Shown: positions 18,401-30,400 of the stretch, piece after piece
Position numbering within the stretch: position 1 is the first letter of the stretch
Layout: every line of letters starts with the position of its first letter
Assembly: GCA_964622585.1 (NCBI GenBank)
Contig: CAZUQT010000001.1
Location: forward strand, 1 to 59,285
DNA from: an uncultured Elusimicrobiaceae bacterium
GTDB lineage: Bacteria > Elusimicrobiota > Elusimicrobia > Elusimicrobiales > UBA9959
Direction: 5' to 3'
Length of the DNA: 59,285 nt
Notes under the pieces: model-generated
What the model was told of the DNA's origin: nothing
The model's input: the letters and a program-made list of their open reading frames with translations, nothing else
Database searches by the model: none
Position numbers and translations under genes: made by a program

Positions 18401-21400
18401 GGCGGGTTGGCGGGGTCCGTAACTTCCTTGTCTATAGCCTTGTCGAAAGTGCGCACGGTGGACGTGGAGGTGTCGGTATCCGTTTCCAGGAACAGCCGCA
18501 CGCTCTTCAGGTCCGAACCGGAGCCGGTGCCGGTCTTGATTATCCTGAAGGACCTTATGGTTCCGACGAAGTTATCCGTCCAGGCCTTTATCGCCAGGAA
18601 CCCGGCGCGGTCCACGCCCTGCTCGACGTAGGCGTTCTTGCCGGCGTCGACCCCGGCCTGCCACCAGGCGCCTATATCCGAACCCTCTATGCGTATGGTA
18701 GCGGGCTGGTTGCGCACCGGGGAGGTCGCGGTGATTATCGGGAAATTATTGTACGCCACGCCGACCAGCGTGGAGTTAAGCACCACGAAGTCCGGGTTGT
18801 CCATCACCAACGCGAAGCTGCGCGGGGTGGCCGCTACCGTGGACATGCGCACCGCGAAGAAGAAATTGCGCGCCGTGTTGGAAACAATTGAGGCCGTGCC
18901 GACCTTGACGCTGAGGTCCTCGAATTTCCAGCCCCGCAGGCTTTCGTCGTAGGTTCCGCTGGACATGAAGATATCTACGGGCTTGGCCCCCAATACAGCT
19001 TCGCCGTCGAAGACGCCCTGCTGGCCGGCCGCCGTATTGTCGGCGTACATCCCGATCTCGATGATATCCGAATTAGCCAGCGTGCCGGAGCTCTTGACCT
19101 GCACCGACTGCATGTAGGACGAAGGCGCGCCCGCGGGCATGGCCTGCATCGTGAGGCGCAGCATGGGCACGGGGGAGGGCACGTCCGCGATGACGCCGTC
19201 GCCCTGGTAGATCGCGTACTTGCTTATCCCTATCGAGGTCTTGGAGACCGGCAGGGGGTCTTCGGGCGCGAAATCCCTCGGAGTTATCACCAGGCCGGAC
19301 AGGACCACGTCCGCGTTCGAACCTACGGGCATACCGCGGCTCGAGTCGCCGGTATAGCCGTAGAGCAGGGGATTGTTGTAATCGGTCGCGCTCACTTTCA
19401 GCGTCTCCACCAGGGTATCCTGCACCAGCAGCTGGTGCTCGCCGGCGTCCGCCTGGATAAAGGTGTAGTCGGTGGTATTCGGGGCGGGATAAGCCCACAG
19501 GTCGGCAGAGCCCTTGGTATTGGTCCGCATATTGACCTTGCCCAGGTAATATTTCCCGTTCACGCTGTCGCCGGAGGCTATATTCCCGTACTGGTCGCGG
19601 GCGCGCAGCTTCAGGTAGCCGGCCGAGCGCACGCGCAGCGGGTTGGTGAGAACGTAAGGATGGTGCAGCGTCAGGTAAGCCGCGTTGCCGGGAGTTATGA
19701 ACTGCTCCTGGGTGACCGCCGGCAGGACCTGCGCGTTGGAGAGAATGGTCGAGTTGACGGTGATCGCCGCCGAGCCTACGATAGTGTCCCAGACGTAAAT
19801 ACTGGCGTAGGAGCTGCCCGCAGGCATGTCAAGGTCGTACGGGCTGGTCTTAAGCAGGTGCCAGCTGGGATTGGTGGACAGCGTGGGCGTAGACGCGTCT
19901 ATGCCGCCAAACGTAGTAGTGCGCGCCGCCGAGAACCTGAACCTGACCACCGAAGAGGTGGTGGTATTGTTCTCATAGCGGTCCTTAAGCACCACGCCAA
20001 CCGGGGTCGGGGTGGTTATGCCCAGCAGGTAATCCGAATACTGCACGGTGGTTCCGGCCACCAGGCGGCGGGGCAGGCTGGCGAAAGCGACATGGTCCGG
20101 CAGGTTCGGAGTAACGGTATACGAAGAAATTGCCGGCAGCCAGCCCTTCGACAGCACCGTGGTAATGGTCATCTGGTGCGTAGGCGCGGAGACCAGGGTG
20201 TCTATCAGGTAGAAACTGGTGGTAGCCTGGCCCAGCGCCATCGTGGCGGTGCCGGGCTTCGGGACGAAGCCGGAGGCGTTCGGAGCCGCGAACTTCACGT
20301 CGCCGAGCGAGCTGGAATTCATCGTGAACGCGACGCCGGCGTTGAGAGCGTCCTCCTGGCCGCCTGACACGGGGGTGGGGTTGCCATAATGGTCCTCTAT
20401 GGACATCAGGAAGAACTGCGAGGTGACGCCCGCGGTCAGGACCTGCCCGGCGCTGGAGCTGACATTGACGCGGTAGGTCAGGTCGGGGGTGATCGTGACC
20501 GACTGCGTGGAGGCGGCCCAGCCCGTCATCTCGGGAACCTCGAGCTTCAGGATGGGCTTTATCGGCGCCGCCGAGGAGGGGTAGACGCTGGAGGCCGTAG
20601 TGTCAAGATAATAGAAAGTGGCAGAGTAAACATTGAGCGGTATATCCAGGGTAGTGATCGTGGACGAGAACACCGGCGGGAAAGCGCCGGAGACCTTGCT
20701 CGAAACGGAGAAGGAGAAAGAGTCGTTGATAAGCGAAGGCTGGCGCGTAAAGGTCGAAAGCACCACCGTCACCGGCGCGGTGGCCACCGACGGATTGTCG
20801 AACATGTCGCGCAGCTCGGCTTTGAAGATCTGCAGGTCGAGGAACCTGTCGGTCAGCTTCCCGGCCGTCATGGAGCGTGGCGCATTGCCGAAAGCCACCT
20901 GGGAAATGGCCTGCGGGGTAAGGCGCAGCTGGTGGATGGCCGGCTGCATCGCGCCGGAGCGCGCCTCCAGCTGCCAGTAGCCGGGCCTGCCGTCCTCGAA
21001 GTCGTTGGTCGCCGGGTCCACCCCTGAATAGGAGGAGGTCCTGTCTTTGTAGCGGAAGGAAGCCCTGGTCTTGTTTATCGGGATGATCACCGCGGAAACG
21101 AACTCATTGTCGCCGAAGTCGCGGAAACCATAGTCACCAACGTTGCCGAAAGTGGCCATGGTCCGGCCCAGCCCGGTATGCACCGCCACCTGGTCGGCCG
21201 GGAGGCCCAGGTAAACCCCGGTCTCGCCCTGCTTCGTCACATTGTCGAAATCGTCGCGGCGCTCCACCGTGAACAGCGCGCCGGTCCCGGCCATCTCGTT
21301 TATGCCGACATTGGCCTCGGTCTTTATTTGCGCGTCGCCGGCGTTGGGAACCAGGACCAGCTTGGAGGGATCGCCGCCGGTGGTGGTGAGCACGCCGCTC

Positions 21401-24400
21401 AGGTTCTGCCTGGCCGCGGCGTAATTGTCATAAGCGGCCTGGCTGGAGGGAACCGTGGTGGTACCTATCCAGATGCGGGCCCAGTCCCCCGACTTGCTCG
21501 AAACCTGGTAACCGAGCTTGGGAGAAATGCCCACCTGGCCCGAAGTAGAAGTATAGATGAGGGTCGAAACGCCGACATCCTTCCATTGCGTGTCCCAATA
21601 CTTGAGAGCGCCGGTGGAGCCGTACACCCGGCCCATCATCACGTAAGCCGGCAGCCCGGCCGAGGGGATGTCGTTGTCGAAGGAGTCGGCGAGCTGGCCG
21701 GTCAGCTCGCGCACGGCGCGGCTGTCCGCCTTGCCGGCGGGAACCTCTTCGTCCGCGTTCGGAGTGACGCGGTAGATCATGGGCGGGCCGGGGATCACGC
21801 CGATGGCCAGCGGCGGGTCCACTTTAATGGTGGTGAAGAACGAGTCATGCGCCCCTATCGTATCCGGGCCGGCCTTGCGCAGGACGAACCAGTTCACGAG
21901 GTTCTTTACGCCGTAATCGGAGTAAGCGTAGACGGTGGTAGCCTGAGTAAGGCTCGGGTCCTGCAGGCTCTTTACCTGGTCGGTGACCACGAAAGTCACG
22001 GTGCCGAGGTAAACGTTAGGGCCGGTGGAACAGATGTTTCCGTAGGTGTCGTGCACGGTCAGCTCCGCCGAGAAAGGTATGCCGGCCACCACGGTGGTGG
22101 AGGTAACCACGTAACCCATGCTGACCGCCGGGCCGGGATTGACGGTCAGCGTGGAGATGCCGGAGCTGTAAAGTTCCGTGCCAGCCGCGGAGGCCGCGGA
22201 GGTCGCGGCCAGCACGGTGTAGGTCGTGATGGAGACGCGCGGGGCGATGGAGAACACCGCGCTGCCGTTGGAAAGCGTCTGGACGTCGGGAACGCCGGCG
22301 TGCGGGTCGCCGGGCAGCTTAACGCGCACCTCCGGCATGACGGCTACCGGGTTGGTATCCTGCCCCGCGGCCGTGGCTTCCGTCGCCCTGTTAAAGAAGA
22401 TATCGGTCAGGTAAACCCCGGCGAACAGGGCGCCGCCGCCTATGGTGTGCTGGGAAGGAGGGCCGCTGCGCCCGGGCCATGCCAGGGAGGCGGAGGTGTT
22501 GCGGCAGGGAGGGTTTATCACGCACTTGCCTTCCACCAGGGACTGGCCCGGAAGAACGACCTCGAGACGCACGGCGGTGGAGGCGTAGACCTTGAAAGAG
22601 ACCTTGGCCGCCGCGTCGTCCGAGAGACAGGCCCCGCCGGCGTTTTCCGAACAGTCGTAGTTGTCGGAAGCGTCGACCGGATACACCTTGGCCGAGGCCA
22701 GGTTGGTCTTGGTGACCAGATTGAGCGGTATCTGCCGGGTCCCGTAGTTCAGGGGCGCGCTGTCGAAGTCTATATCGTAGATGTCCGAGGTCACGACATA
22801 GACCGTGGGCCCGACCGACAGGTCTTTATAGACGTTCATATAGCGGTCGACAAGGTTGACGGTGGCGTTAAGGCCCGCTCCGGCCGTCTGGGTATTAGGC
22901 GGGGACAGGGCCTTTTTACCTCCGGCCGGGTAATTGCCGGAGCCGGGGTCGGCCTGCTCGCCCGGCATCAGGAGCTGCAGGCCCATGGGTTTCGCGGGCC
23001 GCACGGTAAAGGTCGAGGACTGGGGCTCCGGGTTCAGGCCCGAAGAGGAGTCGGCGGTGACGGTCAGGTAATGAGTGGCGGCGGTGCGCATATTTACCAG
23101 GATCAGGTCGGAATAGCCCGAAGCGGTATTTATGGACGCGGTGGCCACGGGCAGAGCATAGGGGTCCGTGGGCGTATTGACGGTTATATCCGCGGGTTTA
23201 CCGGGAACCAGATTGAAGTAATCGTCCACTACGCCCACCTGCACCGAGAAGTCCTCTCCGGCCGTCTTCACGGTAGGCTGGCCGCCGCGCCCGGTAGCGG
23301 AGACCTGGCTGAAAGTCTCTCCCGAAACCGAAGGCATTATCAGCAGCAGGCGGCGCGGAACTCCGGGCACCACATGGATGGAAGTGGCGAGGTCGAAAGC
23401 GCCGGCCATGGTCGGCGGGCCCGGGGAGACGGCCTCGGCCCTGAAGACGGTATTGCCTGCTCTGATCGGCGTCACGGTGAAAGTCCCGGAGCCGGTTATA
23501 ACCTGGGAGGCGGGCACGATCAGCGCCTGGGGGTCGTTGACGGAAACAAGGCGGACTTCCTGGGTGGCGCCGGGCGTAAGGTTCCAGGCATAGTCGGTGA
23601 TATCCACGGTAACGGTGAAGGGGAAGCCCGCCTGCTGGCCTATATCGCTGCCGGAACGGCCGTTAGTGACGGACCCGCTGACGCGGTTCTCGCCGGGGAT
23701 CATCGCCCGCAGCCTGGTGGGCACGTAAGGGTCGAGAAGGAGGCCGCCGCTCACGGTGGTCCCGAGCGGATTGCTGACCGGGTTGTAATCGGCGACGGTG
23801 ATCGTCCTCGCGCCGGCCGTCCTCAGTGAGATATTGCTCACGGCGGCGCTGCCGTCCACCATAGTGAAGTCTCCGAGCGAGGGGTTGAACGGATCGTTGG
23901 AGGTCACGCGGATGGTCTTGTCGAGGGCGGGGTCGGGAACCCTGTTATAGCGGTTATCGGCCGCGTAAACCTCGGCGTTGAAATAAATGCTGGCCGTCTG
24001 GGTGGAAATGGCCCCGGCCACGCCGTAGGGAGGAACGACTTTGCCGGGCACCAGATACTGGGTGGGCAGCAGAACTATCAGGCGCGAAGCCGGCCCGGGG
24101 TTCACTGTTATGCCGGAATCCGTGCTGGTGGCAAGCTTGGGCGTCGTATTATCGAAGTCGATGGCGTCTATCACCAGGTTCGAGGTCGCGGCGCTGGGAA
24201 CGAAGCCCGTTATAGCGGCGGCGCCGCTGTCGAGCAGCTGGGCGGGCGGCATCACGGCGTAGATGTCGTTGGAAAGAAGCTTCACGCTGCGCCCGTCGTT
24301 GGCGAGGTTGCCGAAGACGTCCACGGACCTGACGGTTATAGTGTAGGTGGTACCGGCTATCAGCGGGCCGGCCGTGCCTGTCTTGCCTTCGCCTATGCCC

Positions 24401-27400
24401 TCGGCCACGGTCTCGTTGGGAACCATCAGCAGCAATTTCTTGGCGGGAGCCGGGTTGACGATCATGCCGCTGACCGTATCGGTGCTGAACTGCGTTCCGA
24501 TACCGCCGAAGCCGCTTACCCGGACGGAAAGGCCGGCCGACTGGTTGCGGGTCACCGGGATCACGGTGAAATTAGTGGTACCGTCGATCAGGCTGCGCTG
24601 GTAGGGAGTCGGGTGCATCCCGCGCAGCTGTATATTGGCGTCATTGAGGAAATCTATCTGGACATTGGGCGTGTTGGAGGACACGGCCATAAAGGGCGTG
24701 GTTCCTTTCACAACGTTATAATACTGGTCCACAAGATAAACCGTCATCTGCGCGGTATCGCCGGCCGTCAGCGCGGCCGGGGCGCCGGATTTGCCGCCGG
24801 GCGAGGGGTTGGCGCCGTAAGGAGGCAGGCCGGACAGCAGGCCCTGGCCGGGAGGAACGACAAGGTGCAGCTTGACCGGGCGGTTCCACCACACCGTCAC
24901 CGGTTCGGGCGTGAAATATACCGAGGTTCCGCCGCTCAGCAGCAGGGCCTGGCTCTCTACCTTTATCGTCTGCGTTCCGGCCACCACGGGGTTGAAGCTT
25001 ACGGTGGTGCTGCCGCCCGCAAGGGTATAGGACGACGGGTTGATATCGTACGGGTCCGTGGGAATGGAGGCGAAGACCTTGAAGTTGGCCGTCAGGTCGG
25101 TATTATAGAATTCATCCACGCCGTAAACCCTGGTCTGGAAAGTGGTTCCGGCCAGCAGCGGGGCGATGGTCCCCGACTTGCCGTAAGGCTGCGCGTCGAA
25201 CTTGCCCTGGACGCGGTCTTCGCCCGGGAACAGCGCGAGCAGGCGGTCCGCGGGATTCGCGATCACGGGCACATTTGAGGAAGGGTTGCGCATATTGCCG
25301 GTGATAAGACCCTGGCTCGAGGCCAGCACGTTCCAGCCGGTGTCGTTGGCGGAAACGAAGGTCCTGGAAACCGTGGTGGAACCGGTGAAGTTAATATAAG
25401 TATCGGAAGAAACATTATTGTTGTTGGGGTCGGTATCCGTCACGTAGACATGGGCGTACGAGGAAACCACCAGGTTCCAGTACTGGTCCGTGACCTGCAG
25501 GAGGAAGGGCACGCTGGTTCCGGCGGTCTTGGTGCGCGGCGTGCCGGTGCTGCCTTCCACGCCGGCCTCGGTGCGGCCGGGGGCCGGCAGCTGGCCGGCG
25601 CTGTCCAGGTCGGCTATGACCTGTACGCGGTCCGCGGTGGTCGGGGACACGGTCACGTTATTGGAGCCGTAAATGCCGGGGTTGTCGCGGTCTTCCGTGC
25701 GCAGCGTGCGGACCGCGGCCTTGCGCAGGCGCAGCGGGGCGGTATAGATACCGTAGTCGCCGATCACGAAAGTGTGGGTCATCGGCAAGCCGGTAAGATT
25801 ATCCGGAGAAGAATTATTGTCCATGACCTCGGGGCCGCCTGGAACGCCATCCACGTAATAATTGACGGTTCCGTTGTATGCGGCGGCGGTCTGGCCGGAG
25901 CCGTTCAGGCCGTCCATGGCCCTCACCCGCAGGTAGACGTCGGAGCCGGCCACGGCGCTGTTTATAACGGTATTGCAGCCGGAATCCTGGCACATTATAA
26001 CTTCGAAGCTCTGGGCCGGGGCCGCGATGTAGAACTTGGGCCCCTGGTCGACTATGCTCTCCGTATTGCCGGCATTATCGGTAACGCGCACCCATGAGAC
26101 ATAAGGCTCGCCGCGGACCCAGCAGGTATGGGCGGCGCGCTCGGCGTCGTTATCGCAGACCAGGCCCGTATACTGCCAGTTGCCCAGGGTATCGGTGAAC
26201 TGACCCGGCGTCCAGACGGGGACCCCGGAGGACGGCGTCCAGGTGGAACCGTTCCAGAAATAGCCGGTGTCGTCGTAGCCGCCGGAGTTTATAGGCCCGA
26301 GGGCCGGGAGAACGAAAGGCGCGGTATCCCTGAAGACCAGCGTTTCCACTTTGCCGCGGTGCCAGGACTGGTCCGGATAGACGCCGGAACCGGTTCCGTT
26401 TATGCCGTTGGTAAAGCCGGTATCAGAGGCATTGCCGAGGATCGCCTTGTTGTCATTGTACACGGCCGTATTGACGGGTGTGACCACGGCCGACTGCGGC
26501 TCGGTGGTATCCCACAGGAAGCGGGAGGCCCCGACGATGTTCTGCACATTGCCGATCGAATCGGTGGCGGAAGACTTGATAACGTAATGATAACCCGTAG
26601 TGAAGGTAAGCAGCGTGGGCGAGTAAGTCCACGAGGACTGGTAAAGGTTCTGCGGCAGGATCGGCAGCCAGGTCTCGGCCGTATTAACGAAAGCCGAGCC
26701 GTCGAAGTACTTCGCGCCGCCGGGCTCGTTCTCGCTCCTGATAGAGATCTTCGCGCTGGCCACCGTGGTCACCGCGTCCATGGAGGTGCCCCAGATGAGG
26801 GGCATGGTGTTATAGGAGGTGTCGATGCCGGGCATCACGGGCGCGGACACCGGGGGCACGTTATCGAACACGAAAGTGCGGGTGGTCAGGGAGACCTCGT
26901 CGTTGGTCGTGCCGTCCCTGGCCTTGGTCACTATATAGAAGGTCTTGCCGTTTCCGCCGTCATGCGTTCCTTCCTTCCAGGCGAAGGTGGCGGCACCTGG
27001 ATTGTTGAAGTCGAAGCTGGCGTCGTTATAGGCCCAGGGGTTGGGCGTGGCCTTGGAGCCGGGGGCGCTCGCTATCGACCACCAGCCCGTGTCGGAAGCC
27101 GACCAGTGGGGAACGACGGGCTGCCAGTAATAGGTGGTCGGGCCCGACAGGTACCACATGCGGATATTCACGTTGCTTATCGGAGAGGTCAGGTCGTAAG
27201 AAGTTCCGCTTATCGACGTCATGGAGTAATAAAGCGTGCCGTTGATCGGCGGGTAAGACACCAGCGAGACGGGCGCGACGTCGTCGAAGCTGAAGGTGGA
27301 GGAGGCCACCGAGTAATTGCCGGCGCGGTCCGTGACCTTCGCCTCCACGCGCAGCGCGCCGTCGCGGTTGGGCCATGGCAGGGAGGAGGAATTGTAGCTC

Positions 27401-30400
27401 CAGTTAAAGCTTCCGCCGGCGGACGAGGAGCCCAAAGCCACGTTCCAGATATTCGGGAAAGAGGGGCACTCATTGCCCACCCAGCCGGGGAGGAGGGTAC
27501 CGCCGCAGTTGCCGGTGCCCTCCATCCAGAATTTATTCAGCGTCATGTCGTAGGCGCGTATCTGCGGGAAATTGGTATTGAAAGCGTCGGCCGCCGTGCC
27601 GGTGATCAGCGGCAGAGTGATCTTCCTGGTATTGTTAAAGGGAAGAGAGACGAAGGCCGTAGGGCTGGAGACGTCGAACGTGAAGGAGTTTCCGGCGAGG
27701 ATGACGCTCTGCGTATTGCCGGCCACGTCGTAGGCGCGCGTCATGACGGTATAGAGCAGCCCGTCCTGCAGGCCGGTATTATTATCCGAAGGCGGCAGGT
27801 CCGTGTTCTTGGTCCAGTTCAGGCCGGCCGAGGACGGCAGCCAGGTCTCCAGGCCCCACGTGGAACCGCTCCAGTAATCGCCGTTGGGGCGCTGGATCTT
27901 TATCTGCGTAGCGGCCGAGCCGCCCACCATGCCCGACGGGTTGGAATTGACGTCCTGCGCGGTCCCGCTCACCGAAACAAGGGCGTTAAGGAAATCCCCG
28001 TTGAGCGGCAGCGTGGGGCTTGAGAGGGGCTTCGAGATATCGTAACGCACCACGGTGGCGGAAGGCGGCGTCAGGAGGTTGCCGGCCACATCGTCGGCCG
28101 TGACCTGGATATTGTAGTTCTTATTGTCCGTAAGCGGAGGCGGCGCCGCCACGCTCCAGGTGTAAGCGGGCCCTGTGCCGGAGATGGCCGCGGTCAGCCA
28201 CTTCTGCGTCACGGAATTGAAAGTCGAGGACAGCGAGTCGTAATAGAGCAGGGTGTCCGCTTCCTGCACGGAGACGGAGGCGGATCTGATGCCGAACTGC
28301 TCGTAGGCCGTACCGCTGACCGAAGTCAGGGCTTTTATATTAGCGCGCAGGTCGGGCAGGCTGTAGGGATAGAGGATGGCCGCGGCCGGAGGCGTAGTGT
28401 CGTAAGTGAAAGTTACGGATGATATCGCCGTTTCGATGTTGGACGGGGAAACATCGTCCGAAGCGCGCACTTTCATGAGGTATGTATAACCGTCGCGCAG
28501 GGCGGGCCCGATGAAGCTCCAGTTGCCGCCGGCATAAGCCGCGCCCAGGGTGGGCTCGCCGAGCTGCCTGAAGACCTCGGAAGTGGCGGTGAAAGTCCCT
28601 GGACCGGCAAGACCGTCCCAGTGGGCGGCCGCGGGCGAGACCTCGGCTAGGCTGACCGCAAGCTGGCTCAGAGCCGAAATACCTGCCAAATTGTCCACGG
28701 CGGTGCCTGTGACCGTCGCCCAGTTGCTCGCCTTTATCTTCAGGCCTTCCCGCGGGTAGGTTATCCTGGAGACGGGCTTTGTGACGTCGTAGATCACATT
28801 GGCGTTGGTGACCACATTGGCCAGCAGCGAGGCCGGGTTGGGCACGGGCACGGCATTGTCCTGCGCGCGCGCCCTGAACCGGTAGACTTTATCCGGAACC
28901 ATGGCGCCCGACAGGCCGGCGGGCTGGTAGATCCAGGTTCCGGAGGACGGGCCCTGGGGGGTCCACACGCCGGCATTGTACCAGGAGTTAGTGTCGTTCA
29001 GCGTGGAGGAGGAGAAGCCCGCGGCGTTATCGAAATAGTAAGTGTCCGCGCCGGACAGGTAGGAGACCTGGGCCTGTATATTGGAGGCGCCGGCTATGCC
29101 GGAATTGGTCAGCCAATTCGGGTCGTCGGCGGTGCCGCTGAGCGAGACCACGGACGATATCTTTGAATTGGCGGCGGGGACGAGCACCGCGAGCGCCGGG
29201 GCGGCCTTGTCCACGGTGAAAGTCACCGAGGAACTGTTGCCGGCGAAGTTCGTCTGGACATTGCCGGCTTTATCGGTGGCCTCGGCCCAGATAGTGTAGG
29301 ACCCGTCGTCCGCCCAGACCGGCATATTGGTGTAGGACCAGGAAGACTGGTATATGGAAGCGGCGGGCCAGACCGCGGGGGCGGGCTGCCAGCCCGAGAC
29401 ATGGTCCCAGTACTGGTTGAAATTATTGTACTTGATCCCGACCTTCACGCCCTGGATCTGCATACCGGGCTGGTAGCCGATGCTGTTCGCCAGCACGTTC
29501 TCTTCGGTGAGCGTGCCGCTGGCCGCGCTGACCCCGGAGCGCCTCTGCCCCGGCGTCACGGAAGTGACCACGGCGGTCGGAACCGTGACGTCGAAATTGA
29601 AGACCAGGTTGACGTCGGAGAACTCGGACTCGATGCCTACCAGCGTGCTGTTGCTGTAGGTATTATCCAGGGATTTGGCGCGCACGCGGTATTGCGCGCC
29701 GTTGGTGTACGCGGCGGTCGGGAAGGAGACCGCGTATTCCCAGGAGGAGACCGCAACGTAATAGCTGCCCTGGTTCCCCGCCTGGTTCCAGGAGGCGGTG
29801 AAGGAGTTGGTGGCGTTGTCCCAGTACTTCGAGATATCCGGGCCGTTGACGGCGTAGAGTTCCGCCCAGACCTTGCCGATGCCGGAGGCGGGCGGGGAGA
29901 CGCCGGGAGGGTCCTGGGCCAGGCCGCCAAGCTTCGGGATGGACTTATAATACAGCTGCGCGGCCGACGGCAGCTGCACCAGGGCCGTGGGCGGGGCCGT
30001 GTCGAAGTAAACGGTATTGACCACCGGGCCGCCCTCATACACTTCGGAAAAGCTGATACCGACGGAACGGAAGGTGTAGGAAGAGCCGCTCAGGAACTGG
30101 GGCAGCGAGGCGCTCTGGCTCCAGGTATGGTCGGGCAAAGGCGTGATGGCCACGCTCGAGAGCGAGAGCTGCCAGGCGCTGTTGAAATCCCAGTACCAGT
30201 TATCGCTCAGGCGCCTGAGCTCCAGCCCGACGCGCTTGGTGTCCGCGTTGGCCGTGCCGCTCACTGTAGTGAGCGACTTGTAGTACTTCAGGTTCTCCGG
30301 CAGATTCACGCGGGTGGCAGAAGGCGGCGGCATGAACCTGAAGCGGCGCGAGCCCCACGAGGCCTCGCCGTTGGTCATATTATCCGAGGCGCTGGACCTT

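Noticed and set aside
21178-23829. 883-aa plus-strand ORF, the longest antisense ORF
   Set aside because: Same reasoning. It is fully contained in the type-2 array of the giant gene. Its periodicity only mirrors the sense-strand repeats and its composition is that of an antisense shadow.
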